Shown piece by piece: positions 24,740 through 37,415 of a stretch of 64,000 nt of DNA (the stretch's first letter is position 1; each line of letters starts with the position of its first letter). Below the pieces are notes generated by a model. The model was given only the letters and a program-made list of their open reading frames with translations, was not told the origin of the DNA and made no database searches. The DNA is from Octopus bimaculoides. Its lineage: Eukaryota. Where the stretch lies: positions 57,215,495-57,279,494 of the forward strand of contig NC_068990.1 in the NCBI RefSeq assembly GCF_001194135.2, written 5' to 3'. Made by a program: the position numbers and the translations under genes.

Positions 24740-25050
24740 GTTATCTGGTGCCAGTGTAATATGTCTAGGCTGAGCATGAATGACATAAAACCAAATCTTG
24801 AAATAGACTAAGATGGGACTGAGTGAGTGGAAAGAGTGAGTTTTTGTCAACATATGCTAAGATAGAACTGATTGATGGAGAATCAATTTTATTGAAGATG
24901 AGTAAGAAATAGGTGAAATCCATTAAAAGACAACTTGGCCTGACAATCATCATAGTGGATATGGTCAAAGACTTTAGTGACATCAAAAACAACAAATTTG
25001 CCTTTACCAGAGTCTTTAAGATATCTCTGCCAGACAATTATTTTTATTAC
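24740..25050 (-). mobile_element. CR1-like LINE RT fragment
   Basis: WQRYLKDSGKGKFVVFDVTKVFDHIHYDDCQAKLSFNGF resembles RT domain 3 (W...LD.G......D..KAFD.V.H..L..KL...G), followed by a decayed domain-4 region. Confidence 0.65.
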
Positions 25051-26641
25051 TTTATACACTAAGTGCTTTATGATGATATATATTGATATTGAAAACCTCA
25101 TCATATTAGTACTACAGATTTTTCTTGCCTTATACCCATCTGTTGTTTAGAGTGTAAAGAGATAAACATTGCCATTACGTCAATGAGGCATAAATAGTTT
25201 TCCTGGTAAGTTTTAGATTTCATTAATATCACCATTAATGTAAACTAGTTTAAATGAATTTAAAGTAATTTGATGTTGGCTCATCTGAGAATATTTTATC
25301 TATCTGTAAATAACAGTTGTTAAATTTAGTATTTATAAAATGAGTAACATAGCATTACATATTTAGGCCAAAATAGAAATGACAGACTCAGGTTGTTAAT
25401 GATGGTTTCTTTTCTGCTTTCTGAAGACCTTTGAAGTTTTCTAATGCTGTAGAAATCAAACCAGCCTTGAAATACCATGCTTCAATAGCGTTGGTTAATG
25501 GGACAGACTTCTATGTAATTTCCTCAAAATTACTAACCAGTGAAGTGTCAAAAATATACTAAGGTAGCATATAATCACATATTTATTTTAACTTGTCATT
25601 TTTCCAAATTGCTTACTCCATCAAGGAAAGATACAAGTAAAAGGCTAAATGAGCCATACAATTAAAGCCTATAAAATTCTTGATCGAAAACATTCCTCTA
25701 AAATCTTAAGACAGACATTCCAAGACAACTCATGTGATTAAATGATGGTTCTTGCATTGCATCAGTGCAAATTCGAAAAATCTTATTAACAACTTGTTTC
25801 TAATTAAAACAACTTAATTTCATAGTTCTGTATTATTTTCTAATAAATTTGCCAATAAGATGTAGAAATAGCTGTTGTCAGTGTTTATATAAGTGCTAAA
25901 GATTATAGCCTCATATCTGCAGTTGCTCTCTGTATGATTTAATTAGAATTACAAATTAAGGTGCTGAAACTTTCTAGGGATTATCTCTCTTTAATTTAGC
26001 TAAGGTTCCTTGCAAATTTATTCAACATGTCAAAACTTCTGGATCATTATCTTTATCTATTTCTCACACTTAATTTAACAGTCTGTGAGATGATGAAAAC
26101 TCTTCATACATAATGCTAATGTAGAATCATTAATTATTCTTGCACCTATTTTCACCATACTAGTAGGTTGAAAAGGTTTAGAAAATTATTATCTTTCATG
26201 ATTGCTTTTCTCTTTGAGTCCCAGCTATCTTTGTGTTAACTACATCAATTTTAATTTGCCTACCTTATCTCAGATTTGAATGTTTAACAATAACTGAGAA
26301 AATTTGTTCACCCAATTGTTATCTTTCCACAAATTTCACACCCTTACAATATTATCCTTTTTCAAGTATTTTCTCATAGATTTTAAACTCACACTATGAT
26401 TTTCAGATATATTCATGTATTGTTAGTGATAATAAAAAAAAAAAAATGAATATAACACTGGTCTGCAACCAAAAAATTGTTTCATATTTATTGGATGAAA
26501 CTGATTAATTTTTACCTGCTGATTTCAATAATTACAAAGAAATTATCCTTTCACCTATGGTTTCTTCACAAAATCAATCATTGCATTTTAATACTATGCC
26601 CACATCTGACTATTGTCTTTTTTTTATATTATTACTATTAA

Positions 26642-26857
26642 TTAAGGTGGTGAGCCGGCAGAATCATTAACATTTTAAGCAAAATGCTTAGTGGCATTTT
26701 GTCCGTCTTTATGTTCTGATTTCAAATTCTGCCATGGTCAACTTTGCCTTTCATCTTTTGGGGTTGATAAATAAGTACCAATTGAACACTGGGGTTGATG
26801 TAATTGGCTTGCCCAATGCTCCAAAGTTGCAGGCTTTGTGCCAAAATTTGAAACCAT
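26642..26857 (+). mobile_element. SINE family B
   Basis: TTAAGGTGGTGAGCCGGCAGAATCATTAAC..TTCTGATTTCAAATTC..GGCTTTGTGCCAAAATTTGAAACC. Confidence 0.85.
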
Positions 26858-26929
26858 TATTACAATTAATTTCTTTATTTAAATAGACTATAATAATACA
26901 ACTAATAAGTGTAATTTTGGAAAATAAGC

Positions 26930-28555
26930 GTCTGGTAAAGTTTAGACAACTTCAGTTATACAGAGAGATGCTTGCATCACTGTGGCTTCAGTTACACACT
27001 AGCAGTAAAGAGAGAAAGATACGTTTTACAAGGTCACAGTGTGTAGGTTGAGATATCCTTTTTGTTTTAATTTCACTCATTTCCTCATACCTTTTTTCAT
27101 TGTATATATGCTACATACTTTGTTTTATTGTATCATATGTTGCATTTAAATGCTTCTTTAATGATATTATGTAGACATTTAGATAGTCCTTTACCCTTTT
27201 CTTACAGAGCTCTAAATCATTTGAAGAATGGATGTCTCCTGGAAGATATGCAACAATCCCAGATAAGTTCTGCTATATTTGTGGTGAGTTTATGACTAAG
27301 AAATGTCAGAGAAACATCACCAAATTTGTCAAATATCTTACTATACCTAATTTGGTATGAAATTAGGAGACCAAGATAAGAAGTGGGCTCCTCATAAGGC
27401 CTGCTCAATTTATATTGAAGAACTGAGACAATGGACAAAATGTACAAAGAAGTCCTTTTGTTTTGGGATTCCAATGATATGGAGAGAGCCTAAAAATCAC
27501 AGCGATGACAGCTACTTTTGTTCATGTAAGGTGCTGGGGACACAATTCTAAGTGTGGGGAAAATATTGTTGATCCAAATATCTTATCTACATTGTGACCT
27601 GTTGCCCATGGAGCAGATGTTGCAGTTCCATCACCACCAAGAAACCTTGAAGACATATAATTGAGTTCTGAATCAGAAATGGCAATGATGATGAAGATTT
27701 CAGTAGCAGTGAAGGTGAAGAAGTTCAACTATTCAACCAGTGTAAATTAAATGATCCAGTGAGGTACTTAGGGCTTGAAAAGGAATCAGCAGTGATTTTA
27801 GGTTCCAGACTTAAATCTAAAGATCTTTTAGCTTCTCATGCATCATTCTGTTAGGACCATAATAGCATAAAAGAATTTGTATCTTATTTTCCTCAAGAAA
27901 ACGATTTGATTTGCTGTATAGATCCATCAAGACTAATAGAGGAGTTTGGTGTGAGTTACAGTCCTGATGAATGGAGACTATTGCCTCTTCAAACGGAAGT
28001 CTTAAAGCTCTATTCCACTGCATAATGGTAATAAATATACTTCCATCCCTGTTGGATACTCAGTGATCATGAAGGAAACGTATGAAAATTTGGTGTCACT
28101 CTTACACAAGAATAAATTCAAAGGTCACAACGTTGTGGCAACTTGAAAATAATTTGTATATGATGGCTGACTAATGATGGATGCTTCATCATGAATATCC
28201 ATCAAATGCTCACAACCAAAAGAGTTCCAGTCATAGTTTCCAGGTGAAAAAGAAGAGGTTTTGAAGTGCTGAACATAAAAAAAATGAATGGAACTCTTGT
28301 GAAAATCTATTTTTCTCACCTTTCAATTGCATGTGTGCCATTTCACTTTGCTAAATAAAGGACCAAATTCATTTTCCTTATTTTCATTTTGCCCTACCAT
28401 ATACGGATTTACATAGAAGCTATGCCATATTTTATCATTAAATTGTGAGAAAACTTTAGGTAATGGGGAAAGAGCTTTTTTGATATTTTGAATTATCACC
28501 ACAAAAATATATAAACATAAAATAAAAGAAGTTCCATTTGCAGGCCTGTATGATC
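26930..28555 (+). mobile_element. Chapaev3-type (CMC superfamily) DNA transposon relic, internally deleted
   Basis: PDKFCYICGEF..(frameshift)..GMKLGDQDKKWAPHKACSIY..WREPKNHSDDSYFCSC fits the Chapaev N-terminal zinc-finger pattern (CxxCG..D..H..C..C..W..H..C..C). Then QLFNQCKLNDPVRYLGLEKE..LGSRLKSK..YSPDEWRL, then a jump to a C-terminal MMAD..HNQKS segment. TIRs not confidently located. Confidence 0.75.
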
Positions 28556-28739
28556 ACACAAATGTTAATCATTTGGAGGCAAAACATCGAATTTCATTTG
28601 TTGCAAACAAAAAATAATGTGAGAATATTCAAAGAAACATAATTTGCTACCATCTAATACAAAACTCTACCCCTGAGTAAACTCCCCTGGTAAGCTTACA
28701 AGTACCTTGATGAATTGACAACACAACCATATGGAAACT

Positions 28740-29060
28740 GGCACTCTGTTGGTCGTGATGACAAGGGTTCCAGCTGATCCACTCAACAGAACAGCCTGCT
28801 CATGAAATTAACAGGCAAGTAGCTGAACACTTCATAGACTTGCATACTCTTAACGTAGTTTTCAGGGAGGTTCAGCATGATATAGAATGTGACAAGGCCC
28901 TTTAAAACACGTTTGCTGCTCATTATTGCCAGCTGAGTTGATTGAAAAGCAACATGAAATAAAGTGTCTTGCTCAAGGGCACAACATGCTGTAGAATATC
29001 AAACTCATGACCTTACAATTGTGAACCTAATACCTAAACCTCTTAGCCACATACCTTCAC
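28740..29060 (-). mobile_element. SINE family C variant
   Basis: GGCACTCTGTTGGT..GGGTTCCAGCTGATCC..AACAGCCTGCTCATGAAATTAAC is the reverse complement of the tail of 35426-35810, joined to AAAGTGTCTTGCTCAAGGGCACAAC. Confidence 0.8.
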
Positions 29061-29395
29061 ATATCATACAGAAAAATCAAGGATCAGCATAACACAGAAA
29101 TATTAAGACACACAAAAAAAAACTCCAGATGAGATAGATACAAGTAGATGATACTTTTACTATTGTAAGAAAGAGAAAATGGTCATATTCAAGAGACAGC
29201 CAACCAATGGAGTAAAATTATCCTGGACTATTGACCAATGACTGGAAAGAGAAAATAAAGACGATCATGGAAGAGATTGTGAGACAAGTTCAAATACAAA
29301 GGATTACTGTCAGCAGGCAAATCAAACAAGAGACAAGAAAAAGAATGGAAAACTGGCAATAATATGCTGAGGCTTTTATCCTGTACTGGGTTCAC

Positions 29396-29551
29396 AATGG
29401 CTGTATGGTAAGAAGTTTGCTTCCCAACTACATGGTTTCAGGTTCAGTCTCACCGGTGGCACTTTGGGCAAGTGTCTTCTACCATAGCCTCAGGCCAATG
29501 AAAGCCTTCTGAGTGGATTTGGTAGATGGAAACTGAAAGAAATCCATCATG

Positions 29552-29597
<46 letters not shown>

Positions 29598-30120
29598 AAT
29601 ATATCCTGTCTTTTTATCTTTTTTACCTATTTCAGTCACTAGATTGCAGCCATGCTGGGACACTGCCGTCAAGAATTTTTATTTGAATAAATCGATCCCA
29701 GCACTTTTTTAAAGCCTGCTACTTATTCTATTGATCACTTTTGTCGAACTGTTCAGTTATGGGGATGTGAACAGATCAACACCGGCTGCCAAGCATTTGT
29801 GGGGGACAAACACACACAAACACATGCACACATATGAAGGGCTTCTTCCAGTTTCTGTTTGTCAAATCCACTCATTAAGTTTTGGTCAGCCCAAGTTTCC
29901 ATGCTGTGGGACTGAACCTGGGACCATGTAGTTGGGAAGCAAGCTTCTCGCCACCACCATTTGACAACTGGCGTTGATGTGGTTACATTCCTGTAACTTA
30001 ATGCTTTACCAAAAGAAACCGATAGATTAAAATATGTGGTTTCATTCAATCAAAATTTTTCAAGGCAGTGCCCCAGCATAGTCACAGTCTAATGACTGAA
30101 GCAAGTAAAAGATAAAAGAT
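29396..30120. mobile_element. Nested SINE-A: minus-strand copy (~29600-29957) inside a plus-strand copy
   Basis: Plus 5' half 29396-29550, then (CA)n, then a nearly full minus copy, then the plus 3' half 29958-30120 ending GACTGAAGCAAGTAAAAGATAAAAGA. Confidence 0.8.
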
Positions 30121-30454
30121 GTTCATGACAATGTGCACACAGTACATACATGATGAATTCACTATTCCTCCAAAGAATTACAGCTATTTCCTAGCAGCTG
30201 CTCATTCATGTATCTACAACATAAACTTGTATGAGCCAATAAAGAAATGTTTATGTGGTTGGTCAATCTGCTAAGAGTAGTAGATGATTTTTCCTCAAAG
30301 CAAACAAAATATGCTCCAAAGGATAGAGCACATTGCTTGCTGTAGTCCAAGAAGGAACTCCTAAAAAGGTAAGTTGTTTATGGTTGGATTGCTGTCATTC
30401 ATGAATCAACAACTCAGTTATTGTTATCGTTATTCAAATGTGACTTAGTCAATG

Positions 30455-32690
30455 AATCCACTCTTATTCATTATAGTCCTCCTGGCCATAACAGAGGAAT
30501 TCAAAACTGGGTGTCCATGAGAACTGCTATATTTTGATGACCTTGCTATTATTGCAGAATCTTTAGCAGAATATAGAAGAAATTCCAGGTATGGAAACAA
30601 AACCTGGAATCAAAAGGCCTTAATGTTAACCTAGCTGGGACCAAAGTTGCTGCTAGTAAGAAAGAAGATAAAACTCTCTTTCTGTCAGGTAAATTCTCCT
30701 GCTCAAAATGTAGTAAAGGGGCTGGAAGAAATTCCATTTGCTGCACCCAGTGTAAACCATGGACACATAAGAGGTGCAGTGGAATCACAGGTAGATTAAC
30801 AGATAAAGTCATTTTTGTATGTGACAGATGTGCAGGAACAATAAACACTGAGAACAATAAACTCTAAAAGTCCATGGGACTGAGATCTCTCAAATGCCTA
30901 GGAGGCTCTCTTGAAATTGTAGATAGTTACTGTTACCTAGGTGACCAAATTAGCAATGGTGGCGGATGCTCTGAAAGTATTGTTTCTAGAATAAGAATTA
31001 GGTGGAGGAAGTTCAAAGAGCTATTACCTCTGGTGGCAACAAAAGGACTCTCTCTCAGTGTGAAAAATAGATTATATGATGTTTGTGTGTGAACAGCTAT
31101 ACTCCGTGGTAGTGAGACATGGGCTCTGAATGCAAAAGATATGAGTAGACTGGAAAGAAATAAAGGTAGTATGCTCCATTGGATGTGCAACGTCAGTGCA
31201 CATGTATGGCAAAGTACAAATGTATTGAGAGAAAAGTTGGGCATAAGAGGAATCAAATGTAGCATGTAAGAGAGAAGAGTAGACTGGTTTGGATGAACAT
31301 GTGATGTGTATGAATGAGGACAGTTGCATAAAGAAGTGCCGATCACTGAAAGTGGGTGGTACCCGTAGAAGAGGGAGACTCAGAAAGATGTGGGATGAAG
31401 TGGTAAGGACCGATCTCAGGATGTTGGGCCTCACGGAGGAAATGACAATGGACTGAGATATCTGGCAACATGAAGTTCTAGAGAAGATCCACCCACATTA
31501 GTGAAACTGAGTTCTAGATGCGCCGGGTGTCCCACCCACACTTAACAAGAAAACTTCTCACACATCTTACCACAACAAACCAAACTACGTCTCTACATCT
31601 CTTTCTCACATTTCCACTTCATGCACTATGCTTACCTCCCACTCCCCAATCCGCTTGGCCTTGTGCCATTGTATCATTGTTCTCTACTAGCCCCCGACCT
31701 GTGTGTTCTACCCACACAACCTGTCTCACTATATTATTGTTATCTCCTAACTCCCGACCTGTGTGTTCCATGCACATGTAACAAGAAAACTTTCAACTCA
31801 TCCTACCCCAACAAAACAATCTACATCACATCTCTTTTCTTCCTCACATTTCCTCCTTCATACACTATGCCTAGCCCTGTTCCTCTGTATCATTGCTATC
31901 CAGTAGCCTGCCGACTCTATATATACCCAGGTTTTCACCCCTCATTGCACTCTTTAATCACACTTTCTTCACAATATCCTGCCACCTATATTATGGCGTT
32001 TGAACCTCAAAGGTATGCCCTGGCACTTTCCACCATTTATATCACTCTCTTCCTTTACTCAACCATCCCATTTATATTTTGATCTTGTGAGTATGCCTGG
32101 TATTTTGCCACCATCTCTATCGTGCTATCTCCCATTTGCTCTCTCCTTCTCCTGCACTTCCCTCAGGCTGGGTAACCATGTATTTCCTTTACAGTAGCGC
32201 ACCTGTTTCTGACTTCATTCTCTCTCTCTCTCTCTCTGGCCAGGTAACCCTGTACTTCTTCTACAGCAAGACACCTGTTTCTGTCTCTCTCTGTCTCACT
32301 ATAACTTTTCATCATCTGACACAAAAACACCTCCTCTAATGCCCTTGAAATTTTTCTTTTTTCTTTGTTTTGCAAGTACTTGCTGACCCTGTCAATGCAG
32401 GTGCCACTTAAAAGCACCCAGTCCACACTGTAAAGTGGTTGGTGTTTTGAAGGGCATCCAGCTGTAAAAACCTTGCCATAACTTACCTCACCTATGCTTG
32501 TGCCATATAAAAAGCTCTAAGTCCACTCTACCCTTCCTAACACCAACCACTCTGCTGAGTGGTTGGTGTTAGGAAGGGCATCCAGTTGTAAAAGTCCTGC
32601 TAAAACAGTCACAGAAGTCTGGTGCAGGCTTCTACCTGGCTGGCCCTAGCAAAACCGTCCAATGCCATCATGGAAGGTGGACGTTAAATG
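30455..32690 (+). mobile_element. RTE-clade LINE, 5'-truncated: RT domains 4-7, PHD-like finger, C-terminus and long 3'UTR
   Basis: PLLFIIVLLAITEEFKTGCP*ELLYFDDL (YxDD at 30530-30541), KFQVWKQNLESKGLNVN, VDSYCYLGDQISNGGGCSESIVSRIRIRWRKFKELLPL, GSETWAL, VLREKLGIRGIK. Stops and frameshifts present. Tail GGACGTTAAATGAT followed by (GAT)n. Confidence 0.92.
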
Positions 32691-32778
32691 ATAATGAGGA
32701 CGATGAGGAGGACGATGATGATGATGATGATGACGACGATGATGAAAGGCTTGGTCATTAACTTTGACTTAGAGTTAA

Positions 32779-32985
32779 GCCCTAAACATTTAATCCAATC
32801 ATATCCATCGGAAATGTTCTACCTGTTTCATGTTGAAACTGACTAGATCCAGTCTCTCACACCTATGCTAAACGTAAACAATCACATCCTTGAAATCTTG
32901 GAGCTATGAGATAATGCATGTTTAATTCAAAACAATGTGAATAAACAAGCATCATATTTGACAGAGGAATCTAAATGCTAAAGGG
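32779..32985. mobile_element. TTAA-site MITE (piggyBac-like termini)
   Basis: TTAA at 32775-32778 and 32986-32989, right terminus AATGCTAAAGGG, interior is the reverse complement of 57678-57878. Confidence 0.8.
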
Positions 32986-34820
32986 TTAAATAACGATAAC
33001 AACAAGAGCTATTGTGACGCATGTAAGCACATACAGATTGTGCTATAAGACAAAAGCAAGCATCTATGTGGTAGGTAAACCTACTGCAAATAGCAGCCAA
33101 ATCTCCTACAAATCAAACCTTATTGTTTTAATGATGGAAGAACACATTAACTAATCTAGTCTAGTCTTCGGTTTTCTCTCAACAGAAGACATCTGGAATC
33201 AACGACTTTGATTATAAATCTGCTTGATCAGAGCTATCTCAAGGCTGAACCACCACAACAACAGAAATATGCACGTGTATCCAGAATGTACACTAGTATC
33301 CTTGATGCAAAAATATGCCAGATATTTTAACATAACACAGTTATGTTCACAAGATAAAAGAAAAATATCCAAAGCATTCTCAGGAAACACAAACACATGT
33401 CAACATATTTTCTCTGTTGGAATAGCTGGGTTGTTGAGATGTTAGCTTCTCAATTTTGGTGTTTTGATTTCAATGTCATTGTGTGGCATCTAGAGCAAGT
33501 TTCTTTTATCATAGCTTTGGGTCAACTCAAGCTTTGCGAGTGAAACTGGGTGGCTGGAAACTGTGTGGAAGTCTGTTGTATTGACAGTGCCAGCCTTGTC
33601 ACATTTTGTCAAGGTGGATTCTATATGAAAATTACTTTAAAAGTTTCATGCTTCAATGGAATACTCAGCCAGTTATATATTAATTCTTTTAGTAGATAGT
33701 TCAATCAATTGATCTGCTGGAAACTCATACATCACTCTTGATAGGTGAAGTCATCATTATCTGCTTTAAGCACACATGTTCAAAGCTCATTAGCCAGCTC
33801 AAATATTGTCCACAGATTAAAACAAAATATAATGAAGTTAACAGCACTGATGAAACAATGCTACTTTATGCTGTGTTCATTACTTTGGTGCCAAAATGAC
33901 ACAAGAAAAAGATTTGTATTGAAACAAACTTGTAATCATAAATAGTAGATTTCTCTTCTGTTTTCTGTAAACCTACTCCTATGTTTGATTTAAAATACCC
34001 ACTTAGAAAAAGAAAATATTTGTAGATATTAAGTTTATATTAAGGGCAGACATAGTCAATGTGTTAAAGGAAAAATGGCAATAGTTTGATCTGCTGTCTA
34101 TCTGTGAAAATTTGGTTGAGTGCCAGTGCCTATCAGTGTTAAAGCAAACCACACCTGATGCAACTAACACTCTGACAGAACAAGTGTCATTTAACCATGT
34201 AAAAATAACAGCTTGCACGAAATTGCCTCTCCCAAGATGTTTGCTGGTGGAACTCTTTCTACTCAACGCCAAGCTTGGCATTCTGCCAGAGATAATTTTG
34301 CACTGAACTGTAACAACAATTCTCACAGCAAAAAGAAAACTATATCCAATCTGCAGCTCTGGTTTACTTACAATATCTGTGTTTAGGCCAGTTAACCACA
34401 GATGGGGATAGCCATCTGATATTTCTCTATGCAATATGATATATGTGAGTGAGTATGCACAAGTGTTTTATCATATATGTATGTGTGCATATATGCACAT
34501 ACACGTTATATGTCAAGTATGTATGACTATGAGTGTATATATGTGTTAACTAAAGTTTTTATGCAAAACTGCAGTTACAACACAAACACATGTTTATATC
34601 AACAGCAAGTTACACTTTAAGTATCAAATACTAATGTCATTGTACAACATAATGTTAAAATATATACTAGAGATGTTAATACTTCACAGAAATCCCTCTT
34701 ACAACAATCCACTTCCTGATTAGTATTAGATTAATAAAGAATATATGCCAGCATGGAAAACAGATGTTAAGTGATGATGATGATTATGATGATATGAATG
34801 TTCATCAATTTACTGATCAT

Positions 34821-35231
34821 TATAGGTGCAGGCATGGCTGCGTGGTAAGAAGTTTGCTCCCCAACCATAAGGTTCTGGGTCCAGTTCCATGGTGTGACAC
34901 CTTGGGTAAGTGTCTTCTACTATAGCAACCAAAGCCTTGGGAATAGATTTGATAGATGGAAACTGAAAAAAGCCCATCATATACATATATGTATATATGT
35001 ATATGGGGTGGGTACCTTTGTGTCTGTGTTTGTTCCCACCAACACTTGACAACTGGTGTTTATATATTTATGTCACTGTGACTTAACAGTTCAACAAAAG
35101 ATACCAATAGAATAAGTACCAGGCTTTAAAAATAATGAGTACTGGGGTTAATTCGTTTGATTATAATTCTCCATGGTGGTGCCCCAACATGGCTGCAGTC
35201 TGATGACTGAAACAAGTAAAAAAACAAAAGA
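34821..35231 (+). mobile_element. SINE-like family A, near full length
   Basis: TATAGGTGCAGGCATGGCTGCGTGGTAAGAAGTTTGC..central (TA) tract..GGCTGCAGTCTGATGACTGAAACAAGTAAA. Confidence 0.88.
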
Positions 35232-35425
35232 ATTATATATTATTTTTAGCATCTGCAGCAACCGCTTAAAGTCTGTTTTCCCATGCTTTGATAGATTAGA
35301 TAGATGTATCTGTCGTACAGAATATTACCACTTATATCAAGTCATTTAACTCATCTGAAAGACCCCAGATTATAACTTGTTTTCCACATCCACTTGTCCT
35401 CTTTTTCTATGGATATTATGTAGTG

Positions 35426-35810
35426 GGTGGAGGCGCAATGGCCCAGTGGTTAGGTAAGCGGACTCGCGGTCATAGGATCGCGGTTTCGATTCCCAGACCG
35501 GGCGTTGTGAGTGTTTATTGAGCAAAAGCACCTAAAGCTCTATGAGGCTCCTGCAGGGGATGGTTGCGAACCCGGCTGTAATCTTCCACCACAACTTTCT
35601 CTCACTCTTACTTCCTGTTTCTGTTGTGCCTGTAATTCAAAGGGTCAGCCTTGTCACACTGTGTCACGCTGAATATCCCCGAGAATTACGCTAAGGGTAT
35701 ACGTGTCTGTGAAGTGCTCAGCCACTTGCACATTAATTTCATGAGCAGGCTGTTCCATTGATCGGATCAACTGGAACCTTCGACGTTGTAAGCGGTGGAG
35801 TGTCAACCAC
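35426..35810 (+). mobile_element. tRNA-derived SINE family C, full length with TSD
   Basis: A-box TGGCCCAGTGG and B-box GGTTTCGATTCCC in the head. 11-bp TSD ATTATGTAGTG at 35415-35425 and 35811-35821. CpG-rich, so probably relatively young. Confidence 0.92.
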
Positions 35811-36929
35811 ATTATGTAGTGTGTAGTCATCATCTATTTGCATCATTGCACCATATGTCAATAACGAGTGCAGTCATCTCTTCTACATGTTTCCTTTCAT
35901 ATAGAGTACAATTATAAATTCTACAAATCTTGCTTGCCTCATATCTTCCCCTACTTGCATAAATCTCCCATATTTAATGCCCCACCGTCCATACAGTATC
36001 ACACTTTTTAAGCATGCTTCATACTACATACCTTTTGGCATGAAAAAAAAAGAAAAAACCTTGCTAGCCAAAAGAATGTCTTCCATTTTGTTTTTTCAAT
36101 ATGCTAACAGCTTTCACTATTATTTCCAACACTCATTAGATCACCTCACTATCAAAAGCTACCTGCTATGTCTTAGTGAGTTATACAGGTGTCTCTACTG
36201 CTAGCTACTGTTATATACTTATAATTTTTATAGTAATTTATTTGTTTATTTATTCATTCATTTATTTATTTGTCAGTTGACCAGAGATACCACAATGCAT
36301 CTTTCTTTTAGCGCTCGCATCTGTACTTTTGATTTGCACACAAGTGAGATTCTACCTATTCTCTTCCTACACATTAACTACTACTACTACTACAATGACT
36401 ACCACCACCACCGCCAACACTGCCACCATCACCACTACTATTACTACTACTACTATTACTACAGCTGCTGCTGCACATGATCTAAGCAAATAGTGTATTC
36501 AACTCATTATCATAAGGCCTGTTCCGAGACTTGGTGATTATGTTGTGTCCTTAAGCATGGCACTTCATTTTTTTCATTGCTCCTGTCTTCTCAAGTGTTA
36601 TGAGTATCAGTTGAGTGTTGGACAACCTTCCTTCTTTTCTACTGTCTGGTTCTGGATGTTTTGCCGAACCAAAAGGTGAGATGGCTGAGAAGGTGTTTGT
36701 GTCTATTTGCAATGACATTGACACCTAATACAGTTAGCAAAAACATGGTTCATATTACCAACGCATACTTGCTTGACAGTGACATCTGGCTGTACTATAT
36801 CACTAATACTCAAACAATCAAAGATACCTCTATAAAGTCATCTAATCTACTAGAAAAAATAACTCCAAACCTCAAATCTCATTCCACATTTAAAAAAAAA
36901 GAATAGGAAATATTATTCTCCTTCATCGC

Positions 36930-37415
36930 CTTCATACTACTTATACTCCCTGAACACACTGTTTCCTGACGGTAGCTCCCAGTACATCTCCCACACTATC
37001 TACTTTTTTCTCTCTCTCTCTCTTACTCCATCTGTCTTTCTATCTTATTCTCCAACTCTCTCCTACCTTCCTTCTCTTTCCTTGTTCTGCTGGGGTAGCC
37101 AAGTATTTCCTCTATAGTAAGATAACTATCTCCATCCCTCTAACCTCTTGTCTGGCCACTTCCCTCAGCTCCACTCCCTATTTCTGCTAAGAGGTCTTAG
37201 TCTTGCAAGTTACATGGCAACCCTGCAGGTGCCATGTAAGAATCACTGGTGATGATGCAATGTAAAAACATCCAGTATACTCTGTGAAGTTGTTGGCATT
37301 AGAAAGGGCATCCAACTGTAGAACCCATTCCAGAATAGACAATAGGCATCTGGTGAACCTCTCTGGTTTGTCAGCTCCTGCCAAACCATCCAACTTATGC
37401 CAGCATGGAAAACGG
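36930..37415 (+). mobile_element. RTE-type 3'UTR-only fragment or derived non-autonomous element
   Basis: GTTGGCATTAGAAAGGGCATCCAACTGTAGAA..GCCAGCATGGAAAACGGATGTTAAAT matches the 3'UTRs at 32440-32690 and (reversed) 4523-4650. Confidence 0.75.

Noticed and set aside
34003-34434. Longest non-repetitive ORF (143 aa, minus)
   Set aside because: No recognisable domain, atypical composition, and a strong donor early in the ORF. Not supportable as a gene without expression data.
35429-35505. tRNA-like sequence with A and B boxes
   Set aside because: It is the head of a SINE (continues into body and tail, has a TSD, second copy at 51738), not a tRNA gene.
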